A stretch of 63,579 bases of DNA, the filler included, from Olpidium bornovanus S191 (Eukaryota; Fungi; Olpidiomycota), in NCBI GenBank assembly GCA_017911155.1. It is 25 parts of 25 records of this genome, joined end to end, with 100 filler letters (N's around TTAATTAATTAA, not from the genome) between each part and the next. Parts side by side here need not be neighbours in the genome. Positions count along the whole stretch, not along the records: positions 24,911 to 26,305 come from JAEFCI010004270.1; positions 26,406 to 29,178 come from JAEFCI010006119.1; positions 29,279 to 30,954 come from JAEFCI010013171.1; positions 31,055 to 36,957 come from JAEFCI010003383.1; 21 more parts are not named here. The stretch is one strand, 5' to 3'. Position 1 is the first letter of the stretch; each line of letters begins with the position of its first letter. The notes under the pieces were generated by a model, which did no database searches, had not been told where the DNA came from, and was given only the letters and a program-made list of their open reading frames with translations. This document shows, piece by piece, positions 24,985 to 35,827 of this stretch. Position numbers and translations under genes: made by a program.

Positions 24985-26305
24985 TTTCCCGACGCCGGGC
25001 ACCTCGGGCGCCCCAGGCGGCGCCGGTCGGGGGATTCTGACTTCGAGCACGTTTCCGAACTTGGCGGACTCGTCGCGGATGTCCTCCATGATGTCAGCGT
25101 AGTCCTCATCGTTCGCGAGCTCCTCCTTCGTGACCATGTTGAGCAGCTGCAGCACCGTCGTAGGTTCCACCGCGCCGCTGAGCGCCGGCGGCATCATCGT
25201 CGGCATCATCAGGCCGGGGCACGGCATGCCGACCGGCAGCCTGTTTGTGCCCGAACCGCGCACGTCGCCGCGAGAGCCCACGGAGGCGCGTTGGACCACC
25301 AGGCGCTTGTCGCCGAGTTCCAGGTTGTTGAGTCCTTGGATCGCGATATCCGTGTTCCCCGGGTTTGCGTACTCGCAGAAGGCGAAGCCCTTTTTTTTGC
25401 AAGAGGAAATCCCGGGAATTCCGAAGCGTGAGTTTCGCGATGCGCCTCGTTCGTCGCTCAGCAGAGCCGCATGAGATGCGACAATGGGAGAGCCTTCTAC
25501 CTTGGAGACCCCCGTCATCGTGTCCTTGACGAGATTGAACGCCCTGAGCTCGCCAAAGGATTTCAGGAGCTCAATGACCTGGTCCTCGTTCAGGTACGGA
25601 GGCAGGCCGCCGAGGAAAATCTTGTTCGGCCCGTCCGGGACGTTGGTGGAAACGACGCCGGGCAAATGGATAGCAGGCAGCCTGAGCGGCTCCCCTGTTG
25701 GCGGCGCGTAGTCTTTGGGACGGCGGATCTTGAGGCTCTGCCCCTCGAATTGGATCCCGTCGAACGCAACGGCGGCGGTAGTCTCGACGGGGTTACGGAA
25801 CTGTATCGACCGCGAGAAGCGGGAGAGGGGGGGGGGGGGGTGAATGAAAAGAGGCAAGGATGATGGGTGATGAAATTGGGGTGATGCGATCGCAAACTTC
25901 GCTCGGTGCAATTTCGGAGACTACTGGCTGGACCAAAGGCGCACCTCGACGAAGGCGTAGTTTTTCTCTTGATTGATCTGCACCGAAATGACAGGGTTGC
26001 CGGGCTCGATGGCCAGCCCATTGCAAATCATCGCGTCGTTGAAGAAGTTCATCATCGCGTCCTGCAAAAAAAAAAGGGATAAAGCGGAAATGGCAATTAA
26101 ACGAAACAAAGAGATAATTAAGTCACCGAATTTAAAGTTATTGGCCGATGCATCGACGATCGACGCTGTAAGTTTCCGAAGAGACAACGCACGATTTCCA
26201 CGTACTTCAGTAATACCGTACGGTATCTGTCCGACGTACAACCGGCGGGCTTGCCTAGAGACGCTCTGCAGAGGAGCGCCGAGACCAGGCCGAGGGAAGT
26301 CCATG
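24985..26305 (-). CDS. U2AF2: Splicing factor U2AF large subunit (RRM1, RRM2, UHM), partial at both ends
   Basis: SRQARRLYVGQIPYGITE; INQEKNYAFVEFR; AFDGIQFEGQSLKIRRPKDY; NKIFLGGLPPYLNEDQVIELLKSFGELRAFNLVKD; GFAFCEY; PTTVLQLLNMVTKEELANDEDYADIMEDIRDE. Confidence 0.97.
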
Positions 26306-26412
26306 NNNNNNNNNNNNNNNNNNNNNNNNNNNNNNNNNNNNNNNNNNNNTTAATTAATTAANNNNNNNNNNNNNNNNNNNNNNNNNNNNNNNNNNNNNNN
26401 NNNNNCCCCCCC

Positions 26413-26463
<51 letters not shown>

Positions 26464-26665
26464 AAAGGAAAAGGAAAAGAAAAAGACGAGGCCCGGGCGG
26501 ACGCCCACTGCGAGCAACAGGGCCCTCCCGCTGCGGCGCGGTACAAACCACCCCTCTCCGCCGCCAGCGTCGTGATCGGATCGAAAAGAAAAGCTCTCCT
26601 TGTTTGCCCCCCCTATTTTTGGTTTGAGCCGGTCGCCGCCTCCCGTCGAGAGAATTTTCAGCGCA

Positions 26666-29110
26666 ATGGCCGGCCAGTCCAACCCCGGCGCAGCGGCGGA
26701 CGCACCCGGCGCGGATCCGCAGCAGCAGTCGGAAAACGTCGAAGTCGTCGTCAGCGCCGCTGGTGACCAGCAGCAGCCGGTCCCGGATCCCGTGGGCCCC
26801 AGAGCCGCCGCGGCGCCGGGGCGGGGCGCGGCGGCCGCCGGGAAAGCGGAAGCGGAGAACGCATCGCCGCCCGCGCCGCCCGGGGCCCAGGGGGACAACG
26901 GCCGCGAAGCGCGGATCGCCCAGCGGAAGGGCCGGATAGAGCAGAACAGGCTGGCCAGGCCTGGCCCGGCCGCCAGTGACGGTTGGTAGGGGACTACGGG
27001 GGTGGGGGGGAAGCGCCCGGGGTTGCGGCGTTGAGCGGCGGCTTTTTTCGGGCCGGCGGACGTTGCGCGTGACATCCCCTCTCTCCCTTTTCCTGGAAAC
27101 AGAAAACGGCACCCGCCGGAAACAGAAGGCGGACCTGGACGTCAAGGTCGTCGGCAAGTCGAAGCACCAGATCCATCAGTCCCAGCGGCACGTCGAGACA
27201 AAAAAGGTTCGGCCGGCCGGCCGGGGTGAGGAGCGTGCGGGATCAGTTCCCTGACACAGCACCCGTCTCGAACTCGGTCGGGTTAATTAGCAAGATGGGA
27301 CGGACGCCGCCTCCAACGTCCGGGTGGGAGTCATGGCGCGCGAGGCGGCCCGGCGGCTGGAGGAAGCTCAAAAGTTTGAAAACTGGAGGAAGAAGCGGGA
27401 CGCCGTTGACCAAAAGGCCGAAGCGGCCAACGCGGAGATCCAGGCGGCCTGGAGAAAGGCATCGTCCGCGAAAGGGCCCCACGCGCTCAACGCGGTACGT
27501 CAAAGGCCCGCAGCGGCGACGAAACGCCCCGTTCGGCCGGTCGGGCTGACCGGCCGTTTCCCACCCCGGACAAGCTCCTCTGCACGCAACGCGAAGCGTG
27601 CGAGGCGCTGATTGCGAACAAGCACCGGTTGACCGCCGAGTACTCCGCCGAGTTGAAAGGAAAGGACGACGACTACGTCAAAGAGCTCAAGCGGCAGGCC
27701 GAAGAAATCGGTATGATTTTCCGTGACAGGAAAAAAAAAAAATAAAAAGGAAAAAGAAAAGAACAGGGAACAAAAGGGGGGGGGAAAGGGAAAAAAGCAA
27801 AACCCCGCGGGAGGGCCCTTACGCTCGCCGCCCGTTCGACCTGACGTGTCAGAAGGGACCGCTGCGTTCCGTCAACTCGGCCGCGGCCAGATACGCTGCT
27901 GCAGCGGATGGACGAGGAGTACAAGAAGTACCAGAGGACTCTGCAGGACGAGCTGGAGCACATCGAAAGGGCGTTCATGGAAGAGCGGACGGAGCTGATT
28001 GACGCCAACGTGAAGGAGCTCGAAACCCTGTTCGCGCAGCGGCGGGCGAACGAGACGAGATACATGGAAGAACGCGCCGAGCGCATTGCGGAGAACGTCC
28101 GCGCGTTGGAAAGCCTGCGCGTGCACGACGCCGAGGAGTACAACCTCGTCAAAATCAAGCTGGAGACGGACGTCCAGGTCCTCGAGCAGCAGCTCCAACA
28201 GATGAGGGCGACCTATCAGCTGAACACCGAGAAGCTGGACTACAACTTTCAAGTCCTTAAGAAGCGAGACGAGGAAAACACCATCACCATGAACCAGCAG
28301 AAACGAAAGATCACGCGATTAACTGTCGGTAAACGGGTTCCTGTGGTTTAATCGTGTACTGTTCTCGTTTCTTCTTTTTTTGTTGTTTTTTTTTTTGGCC
28401 CCCTCCCAACGTCCCTGGACGAATTTTGTCAGGCTGAATTTTCTAAATGCTTGCAATTTTATTTCGGCCTGTCATTCGACGTCAGGACGTACTGAACACG
28501 TTGAAAGCTAAATACAACAAACAAGACAAGGGATATCAGCAGGAGTACATGAGTCTCACAGAGGATTACAAGCGCATTACGGAACAGTTCAAGGTTAACC
28601 GGGAATGTGCTGTTCTGCCACGCAACTTGAGCACCGTTTGAACATCGCCCCATTGGCACCTTGGTGCAAATCTGACTGCAGGCGGCAAACCCACGCCGGT
28701 TTGTTTTTGTCACGGAAAACAGGAACTCCAGAAGAAATACAACCACTTTCAGATTGCCGACAATCAGAAATTCAGGGACGTGTGGAAGATGAACGAGGAG
28801 ATCGCGCGCGAGCTGATGAGGAAGATTCTTCTCGCCGACCGCATCATCTACGAGCAGCAGCTGGGCCTCACCTGGACGGCGCCGCCGGAGGACCTGTTCC
28901 GGGACGTGGGCCCCGAGGTTTTCGGCACCGGCGCGGGGGAGAGCGCTGGCGGCAGGGAGAGCGAGGGTATTTCCTCCGTCCCCGACGCGGCCGCGGAAGG
29001 GTCCCGCCACCGCCAGCACTCGGGAGCGTACCAGCAGGAAGAGCCCAAGGGGTCCGTCATGCCAAGGACAGTGAGATCCAAATACTCAGTTATCCAAGAA
29101 TTGCGTCCCT
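26666..29110 (+). CDS. DRC1: Dynein regulatory complex subunit 1 (CCDC164/NYD-SP28), 3' partial
   Basis: REARIAQRKGRIEQ; ELKGKDDDYVKELKRQAEEI; DAEEYNLVKIKLETDVQVLEQQLQQMRATYQLNTEKLDYNFQVLKKRDEENTITMNQQKRKITRL; ELQKKYNHFQIADNQKFRDVWKMNEE; ADRIIYEQQLGLTW. Confidence 0.96.
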
Positions 29111-29691
29111 TATAGCTACTTCGAACCAATCGCCAAATTTTACTCTGACGTACGCTCGGGTAGGGATTCTGCCCCACANNNNNNNNNNNNNNNNNNNNNN
29201 NNNNNNNNNNNNNNNNNNNNNNTTAATTAATTAANNNNNNNNNNNNNNNNNNNNNNNNNNNNNNNNNNNNNNNNNNNNCAGTAAGATGAACACTTTCTTG
29301 AAAGGGTGTTCCTTGTGTCCACTCCGGGCCCGTGTCTCTGCGTTCCGCACACATCGGCGGCAAAGCAGCGCGGCGGGAGGGTTGTGTTATATGTACATGC
29401 GCGCCGCCGGCCGAATTTTATTTTACGGGGGTATCTCGATATTTGCATAAGTGAATGGGGCAGCGTGGATTTCACGGAGAAAGGGCCGTATTTTTCTTTT
29501 TTTTGTTCGTTTTTTTTTTTTTTTTTTTTTGGCTCCCATTTCGTAGAATCGCCCCTGAGGAAATCTTCCGCGGGGGCGGTGCAGGCCCCCGGCCCTTTCC
29601 CCCCCACCTTCCCTCCCCCATCAAAAAGAAAAAACACGGGAAAGACAAAAAATAATAATAATAATAAACCGCCGCCGTCGCGCGCCCGCCA

Positions 29692-30891
29692 TCACCATCT
29701 GACGTGTTTCAATGGCGTCAGCGACGCGACGTACACCCATACGCTGACCACGTCGCACGGGTATCCGTTGCACGCGACCGCCAACGCAAACTCGGCCTGC
29801 GGGTCCTCGACGCTGAACACGTCTGTCGCGTGCACGGCCTCCACCACGGAATCCACGTCCGTGAACGACTGATGCAGCGGGAAGCCCGCCACGCGGTACG
29901 CGCCGCGCAGGCGCTGCAGCTCCCGGTAGTGCGCCTCCTCCGCCGCGGTATCGCCTGCGACGGCCGCGGCCCCGTACGACGAGGAGGCGGCGGTGGTGAC
30001 GGTGGTGGGGGAGTATGAGTAGGAGGGGGGTCGCGCGACCGTTACTGCGGGCTCGAAATAGGTGAGCAGTCCGGCGAAGGTCTTTGAGCAGAGCCTGCCA
30101 GACGATGGGGAGTAGTGACCACGCTCCCGGGCGTGAATTGCCGGCAGCATTCACGCCATCCCCACGCTCCAAAAATAAAAAGGTTTTTCTGCAGCGCTTT
30201 CTTTTTTTCCTTTTCATTTTACCTGTTCCATTTGGTAGTGTGCCTCCCTCTCCACTGCTCGATCTTGGCCGTGAGCGTCCTGTCAATCTGCCGCTCCAGC
30301 TCTTTCAACACTTTGAGAGCGACCTCTCGGTATGCAAGATCCCGCACCTGGACGGTGGCGGCCGGCTCGGCGTTGCCAAACTTGTCGAAAAACGGGTGCC
30401 ATTCCGCCCGGCTCCTGGTGATGCCAAAGAAGTTCACCCTCGCTGGGTCCGCGTAAGCGTGAACGTTTAGCCATATCTTTTTTTTTTTTTTTTTTTTTGC
30501 GGAGGAACGAGAAAAATTAATAAATAAATAAATAAATTATTCCTTTGGGTTGAGGTTGTTTCGTCTTCGCCTCGGGGACGAAGCCGTTGCTGCTGATGCT
30601 GTTGTTGTTGTCGTCGTCGTCGTCGTCGCCGCCAATCTCCGCTTACGTTTTTGGAATTAAACACGCAGCCGATTTCTCGCAGAGGGCAGTGAGCGTCGGT
30701 CTGACCGTAGCAGTCGCCCGTGACCGGGTTGATCAGCATCCAAGTCTCCGGCTTTGAGATCGCTGGCGGCTCCTTTGCGAGAACATACGCCGTTCGTCCT
30801 TCCGGGACGCCCTTTCCGAGCAGCACGTACGCCTCCATGCCAAGGCTTAGTATGTAATTGCAGAGTAGAATCGCGTGTTCGGGATAGTCTC
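29692..30891 (-). CDS. CC2D2A: Ciliary transition-zone protein CC2D2A/MKS6, C-terminal exons
   Basis: DYPEHAILLCNYILSLGMEAYVLLGKGVPEGRTAYVL; NPVTGDCYGQTDAHCPLREIGC; KIEQWRGRHTTKWNR; YRVAGFPLHQSF; AEFALAVACNGYPCDVVSVWVYVASL*. Matches the CC2D2A C-terminus motif for motif. Confidence 0.93.
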
Positions 30892-32885
30892 CTGCACACA
30901 ATTCGAGAAATTGCTATGACGCGGGAGAGGGGACCTGCCCGGTCAACTGCGAAANNNNNNNNNNNNNNNNNNNNNNNNNNNNNNNNNNNNNNNNNNNNTT
31001 AATTAATTAANNNNNNNNNNNNNNNNNNNNNNNNNNNNNNNNNNNNNNNNNNNNCATGATGATCTCTCTGTCCTTGCCGAACTTAGTGAGAGCGGCTTCC
31101 TAGAAGAGCCTGAATTTTTCAAAGCATTCGTCCTTATTGCATAAAAGGTACACATAGGCGAAGCGTGTGGCCTCATCTAAAAAGGTCGCTGCAAAGGAAG
31201 CGCCGCCAAGTGATTTCACAGGAAAACTTAGTAGATCCGAGTGAACCCTATCCAGAGGATTGGTGGTCAGCGTTCCTTCCCGTGACCGAGGTCTTGCCTC
31301 TTTCGTGCCCTTGGCACGGGGGCAGATCGTGCAAGTCTCGCCTGGCTTCAATTCGGGATGTCCCAGACGGGCATGCCAGAGTCCGCTCTCGTGCGTAGTG
31401 GCCAAAACTGTCGCAGTCGCACGTCCATCGGTAACGTCATGCTCACTAACCCCATTGGCTGTGTCGAGCACGTAGAGATTGTTCCGCTGCCGCGTCGCTG
31501 TGGCAAACTCCTTGCCTTTCAGAAAGAGTTGGCAGCGGGATCCGTCGAGCTCTATCCGGACTCCTTTACTCGTTAGCAAGTCAATGGAGAGCAGGTTCCG
31601 TGAGATCCCAGGGACGACGTACACGTCCTCAATCGTTAAGTGACGACCTGACGGCAGCTTGACCCTGGCTCGGCCTTTTGCTTCAGCAGAGAGCACCGCG
31701 TTGTTGCCGACTCGGAGGATTCCCGGTGTCTCTAAAGGACGAACCTCCTGCAGCTCCTCGCCCTTCACAACGATGTGGAAGGAAGCACCCGAGTCGAGCA
31801 CCCAAGTAGAGGTGATGGAGTCTACGAGAAGGGCCACGTCCTCTTCAAGAAGATGGGCCGTATTATCGTCATCGCTCTCTGTCCTTTTGCCTCCGGGCTT
31901 CTCCCGTCCTTTCTGCTGGCTCTTCCCGGACTTGTCCCACTTCTTGCTACGACATTCAGCGGCAAAATGCCCCTTTTTCCCACAGTTGAAGCACGAGCCT
32001 TTCTTCTTCCTGTCAGTGCCCGGCTTCTGCTTGTGGTTTGAATGTGTCAGAAAGGCTTTCTCTCCGCCCGCCTCTTTCTTCCTGCGAAGGTCCGCCTCCC
32101 TAAGTACGGCTATGGTCTCAGCGAGAGTAGGGCGGATCCATTTCCTGGTTTCCCTGTCTCGGTGCCGCTCTCCAGAGCGTCTATGGTTGTCCGGAAGAGG
32201 TGTAAGCATCCCGTCAAGATTATGTCCCGAGTGACTCTAGGCCAGTCGTTCTCCTCGCCGAGATCTATGAGGCGCTGCACTTGCTCCTTGACACGTGCAA
32301 CAAATTTGTCCACACTATTGCTCGAGTCCATGCGCATGGTGTAGAGGTCACGAATTAGGTCAAGCCTGGCGCTGGATCCCACGTCCTCGAAGTTTGCCAC
32401 GAGTGCATCCCATGCGTCCTTGGCACTTTCCGTGCCGTTGAGCAGCTGTTTGTACATGCGCCCGACGTGCAGGTAGAGTTCCCCGTAGGCCTCTCCGTCC
32501 GTCCTTGCCCATTCGCGTTTTTGAGCCTGACTTGCGCCGGACGGGGGCCGGACTTCCTCGCCTGTCACCCAGTCCCACTGCCCACATCGAAGGAGAACTG
32601 CGCGCATATCCTCCTTCCATGAGCTCCAGTTCCCCTCCTCCAAGAGGGGGATGGCAAGGCGTAGTTTGCGCTCGTGGTCCCCCATGCGGCAAAACGGCAA
32701 GGGAGCGAAGTGAATGCTTTGACCCCCCCCCTCCCCCCAAAAAAAAGGGACAAGCGGGGGTTTATTGTGTAACAGTCACTTGCCGGCAGCCCCGCTCCCT
32801 TCACAAAGGGCAGCGAGGGCGGAACGGTCTTCGATAGATGCTTTTATGACTAGCAGTTTCCTCGGCGATTTCCTCCGGCAGCCTG

Positions 32886-33031
32886 CGGCGGCGCGCACAC
32901 TCTCTTTGTGCCGCGCTGGTGCCTCCTTCGTTCCCGCGGCAGCGCGCACGCTCCTTTTGTGCTGCGCTGGTGCCCCTTCGTTCCCGCGGCGGCGCGCACA
33001 CTCCTGTTGTGCTGCGCTGGTGCCCCTTCGT
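32886..33031. repeat. Three 50-51-bp tandem repeats in the copia leader
   Basis: CGGCRGCGCGCACRCTC...GTGCYGCGCTGGTGCCYCTTCGTTC starts at 32886, 32937 and 32987. Confidence 0.9.
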
Positions 33032-33111
33032 TCGACACACGCGCGCGCTCCTCTTGCGCTGCACGATACGGAGATGGTTCTTGGCTTCACGGGCAGGGCG
33101 TCACCATTGAT

Positions 33112-33120
33112 CTCATAACC
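33112..33120 (-). promoter_or_regulatory. Primer-binding site (half-molecule initiator tRNA-Met type)
   Basis: GGTTATGAG immediately after the LTR CA end, as in Ty5 and Drosophila copia PBSs. Confidence 0.8.
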
Positions 33121-33252
33121 TGTTGCGCATCAAAAGTGGGTCGACCGAGGGTCAAACTCGGGACCTTCCTTTTCCTGGAGAGATGCTCTACCAACTGAGC
33201 TATCTGCCCTATTCACCAGGTGTCTGGCTCGTTCTGCTAAGCCATTCCAACA
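33121..33252 (-). repeat. 5' LTR of the minus-strand copia (132 bp, TGTTG...CAACA)
   Basis: Perfect 5-bp terminal inverted repeats. The 3' end (...GCGCAACA) directly abuts the PBS GGTTATGAG. The partner LTR is outside the contig. Confidence 0.8.
33137..33209 (-). tRNA. tRNA-like / pseudo-tRNA inside the LTR (nominal anticodon AGG, identity doubtful)
   Basis: 73 nt: GGGCAGA TA GCTC AGTTGGTA GAGC A TCTCT CCAGGAA AAGGA AGGTC CCGAG TTTGACC CTCGG TCGACCC A, followed by CTTTT. D and T stems are perfect. Acceptor stem has 2 mismatches, anticodon stem is weak, C replaces U33, and the B box reads GTTTGA instead of GTTCGA. Confidence 0.8.
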
Positions 33253-35324
33253 GTCCAAACAAGCCGAAAGGGTACTTTCTTACCAATTCAAGACTCGGGA
33301 AAAGTTACTTTTCAAAATCAAATGGACCAACGGGAGCTCCTCATGGGAAAGCGCGGAGGCCCTGGAACGGTCAGAATTAGTGACAGAATTCCGCCAAGCA
33401 CACAACCTAAAAAAAAACAGTCCCGGCACCAGCCGAGGCGACCGCCATGCGAGCGGATGTCCCCCCGCAATTCCAGGACGAGCCAATGACATACCAAGAG
33501 GCAATCGAGAGAATGGAATTATCGTCATGGCGGGAAGCCATGGCCACCGAGATTTGAACTCTACAAAGCTTCCCTGCATGGGAAATGGTGCCCCGCCCAA
33601 AAGACCATACGGTCCTAAAGGGCAAGTGGGTGTTAAAATGCAAACTCAATTCCGGATGTGAGCGTTAACAAATATCGAGCACGCTTCGTTGCGTAAGGGT
33701 TTCGGCAAGTCAAAGGCATAGACTTTCAGGAGACGCATTCGCCCGTCATTTCAGCAGCAGCACTCCAAACCATCATCGCCATTGCCATCAAGAGGAAATG
33801 GATCATTTGGCAATGTGACATTGTCTTTGCCTACCTCAACGGCGAACTTGCGGAAGACATCTATATGGATCCCGCAGAAGGCCGGGACAACAAACCGGGC
33901 CAGGTTTGCAAGCTGATCAAAGCTTTATACGGCCTAAAGCAAAGTGGGCGAGTTTGGAACCAGAAGTTACACCAATAATTCGTCAAGCTTGGTCTAATAC
34001 AATTACAAATGGAGCCATGAGTGTACGTCCTCAAGAACGAAAGCAGCGTTAAACTGGTTATCGCAATATACGTTGACAACATCGTACTCACATGACCGGA
34101 CGCCACAATCGTCTCGAAAGTTGAGACCATACTCTCGGAGCGGTTCAAAATGTCCGAAGGTAGCGACCTGAGCGTCATCCCGGGAGGGCGAGTCACGAGG
34201 GGTCAAGGTGGATGCTTACTCGACCAACATCACTTCACGATTGAGCTCCTGAAAAAGAAATTTGGGATGCTTGATGATCGGCTGGTTGCCACCCCCGTGG
34301 AAGCTGGCGCGCTGGAGGCACTGACCGCGGAATACGGATCGAGCCAGAACCCGAAGATCGAAAAGGGCTACGCGGAAGCCATCGGATCATTGATGTGCCT
34401 GTCAACCATGACAAGACCCGATCTGGCATTTGTCACGTCTTTCCTGGCACGCTTCATGAGTGCGCCGACTGAAAGGCACTGGGGAGCGATTAAACGAGTT
34501 ATGCGTTACCTTGCTCAAACCATGGATCTCGGCCTGTGGTTCAATGGACCGGACTTGGGCGACAATGAACTCGCAGCATTCAGCGATTCAGACTGGGCGG
34601 GATGTCGCATTACGAGGACATCCACGACCGGGTTAATAATCCAACTCGCGGGAGGCGCGGTATCGCGGAGATCCGCACGGCAAAAATGCGTCTCCCCCTC
34701 CTCATGCGAAGCCGAGTTTGTTGTCGGGTCGGCAGCGGCACAGGAGGTCAAATGGCTTCGCTCCCTCCTCAAGGCAATCAATCCGCAGGGGGTGGTCGGG
34801 CCCACCAGGCTGATGATAGACAACACCGGTGCGGCTGAGTTGGCCTCAGACCTCTAAGATATCCAAAAGGTCCAAACACATAGGCATTCGCTTTCACCAT
34901 CTCCGCTGGTGCACGGCTGACGGGAGCATCATGATCTGCCGCGTTGGAACGGCCGAAAACTTGGCTGATATTTTCACCAAACCAGTGGACCGCTAGAAAT
35001 TCGCCAAATTCCGCGATCAAATCGGCATGCGAGCAAGTATTGGGTGAATCACCTCTGGAAGCGCAAACGAGAAACCGCCTCAAGATTACGGTACCAAAGG
35101 CACTTTGGGGCGATTTATAGAATCTATAGATGACCATGGGCGATAGTGTGCCCAGTGAGGCGGGGTGTTGGAAAGGGGGAGGCATAGTGAAAGGGCACTG
35201 CGCACTCTCCGCCCCTGGACCATAGTCCCCCTTTCCCGTACACATATAGAGTAAACAAAGGCGGCAGAAAAACAGCCCCGGCAGAGCTCCTCCGTACCCT
35301 GAAAAACCGTCTACGTTCTTCACA
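33253..35324 (+). mobile_element. Ty1/copia element, 3' half, decayed (chromo-like segment, RT, RNase H, PPT, 3' LTR)
   Basis: EPMTYQEA...W...KGKWVLK...GFRQVKGIDFQET; CDIVFAYLNGEL; LIKALYGLKQSGRVW; IYVDNI; AFSDSDWAG; PSSCEAEF; IDNTGA; ENLADIFTKP. Many stops and shifts. Confidence 0.95.
35166..35324 (+). repeat. 3' LTR (about 159 bp, TGTTG...TTCACA) preceded by a polypurine tract
   Basis: GAGGCGGGG directly before TGTTGG, about 120 bp after the RNase H stop. The right boundary is approximate. Confidence 0.7.
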
Positions 35325-35827
35325 ACCGGCCCCCCCTCCCTCTTTACTCTGATTTGGTTTCTGCAAAGACAAACATTCAGGACTCAGATTTGCTTTCGGC
35401 CAACACAAACATTCAGGCCACAGAAAGCAGATCGGGGAAAATTTCTTTTTGGATAATGTTAAAGAAATGGCAAAATATAGGTGACATAAATTTCATGAAG
35501 TTTGAAGGGGGCGATCAGCATGATCAGCATGATCAAGGGAAACTCCCCATTCCATTTTGATTGTTCTTCTCAGTCCCCATACCCTGCTCTCCACCTCCCA
35601 TGCTCCTCCCCTCGTTATCCGCCTCATGCTCTCTACTTGGCAAAAAAAGACCTCCCTGGCATCCACCGTTCCACACGTCCCGCCCGTCCCGCCCCTCCCG
35701 CTGTTCCACCCCCATCTGGCCCGTCTGGCCCAACCGGCCCGTCACCGCCCTCCCTGCCTGTCTCCGCCCGTCCGGCCCCTCCAGCCCGTCCCGCTCGTCG
35801 CTTCCCGTCCCGCCCGTCTCGCCCGTC

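Larger units (their letters stand above)
31055..33252 (-). mobile_element. Ty1/copia element, 5' half (LTR-PBS-leader-gag-PR-GAG-pre-integrase-start of IN), cut by contig end
   Basis: Gag from ATG 32685: IPLLEEGNWSSWKEDMRAVL...AKDAWDAL. Zinc knuckle CFNCGKKGHFAAEC; protease WVLDSGASFH; LWHARLGH; IN core RVHSDL...FLDEATRFAYVYLL. One 1-bp frameshift at about 32130 and a TAG near 31103. Confidence 0.95.
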
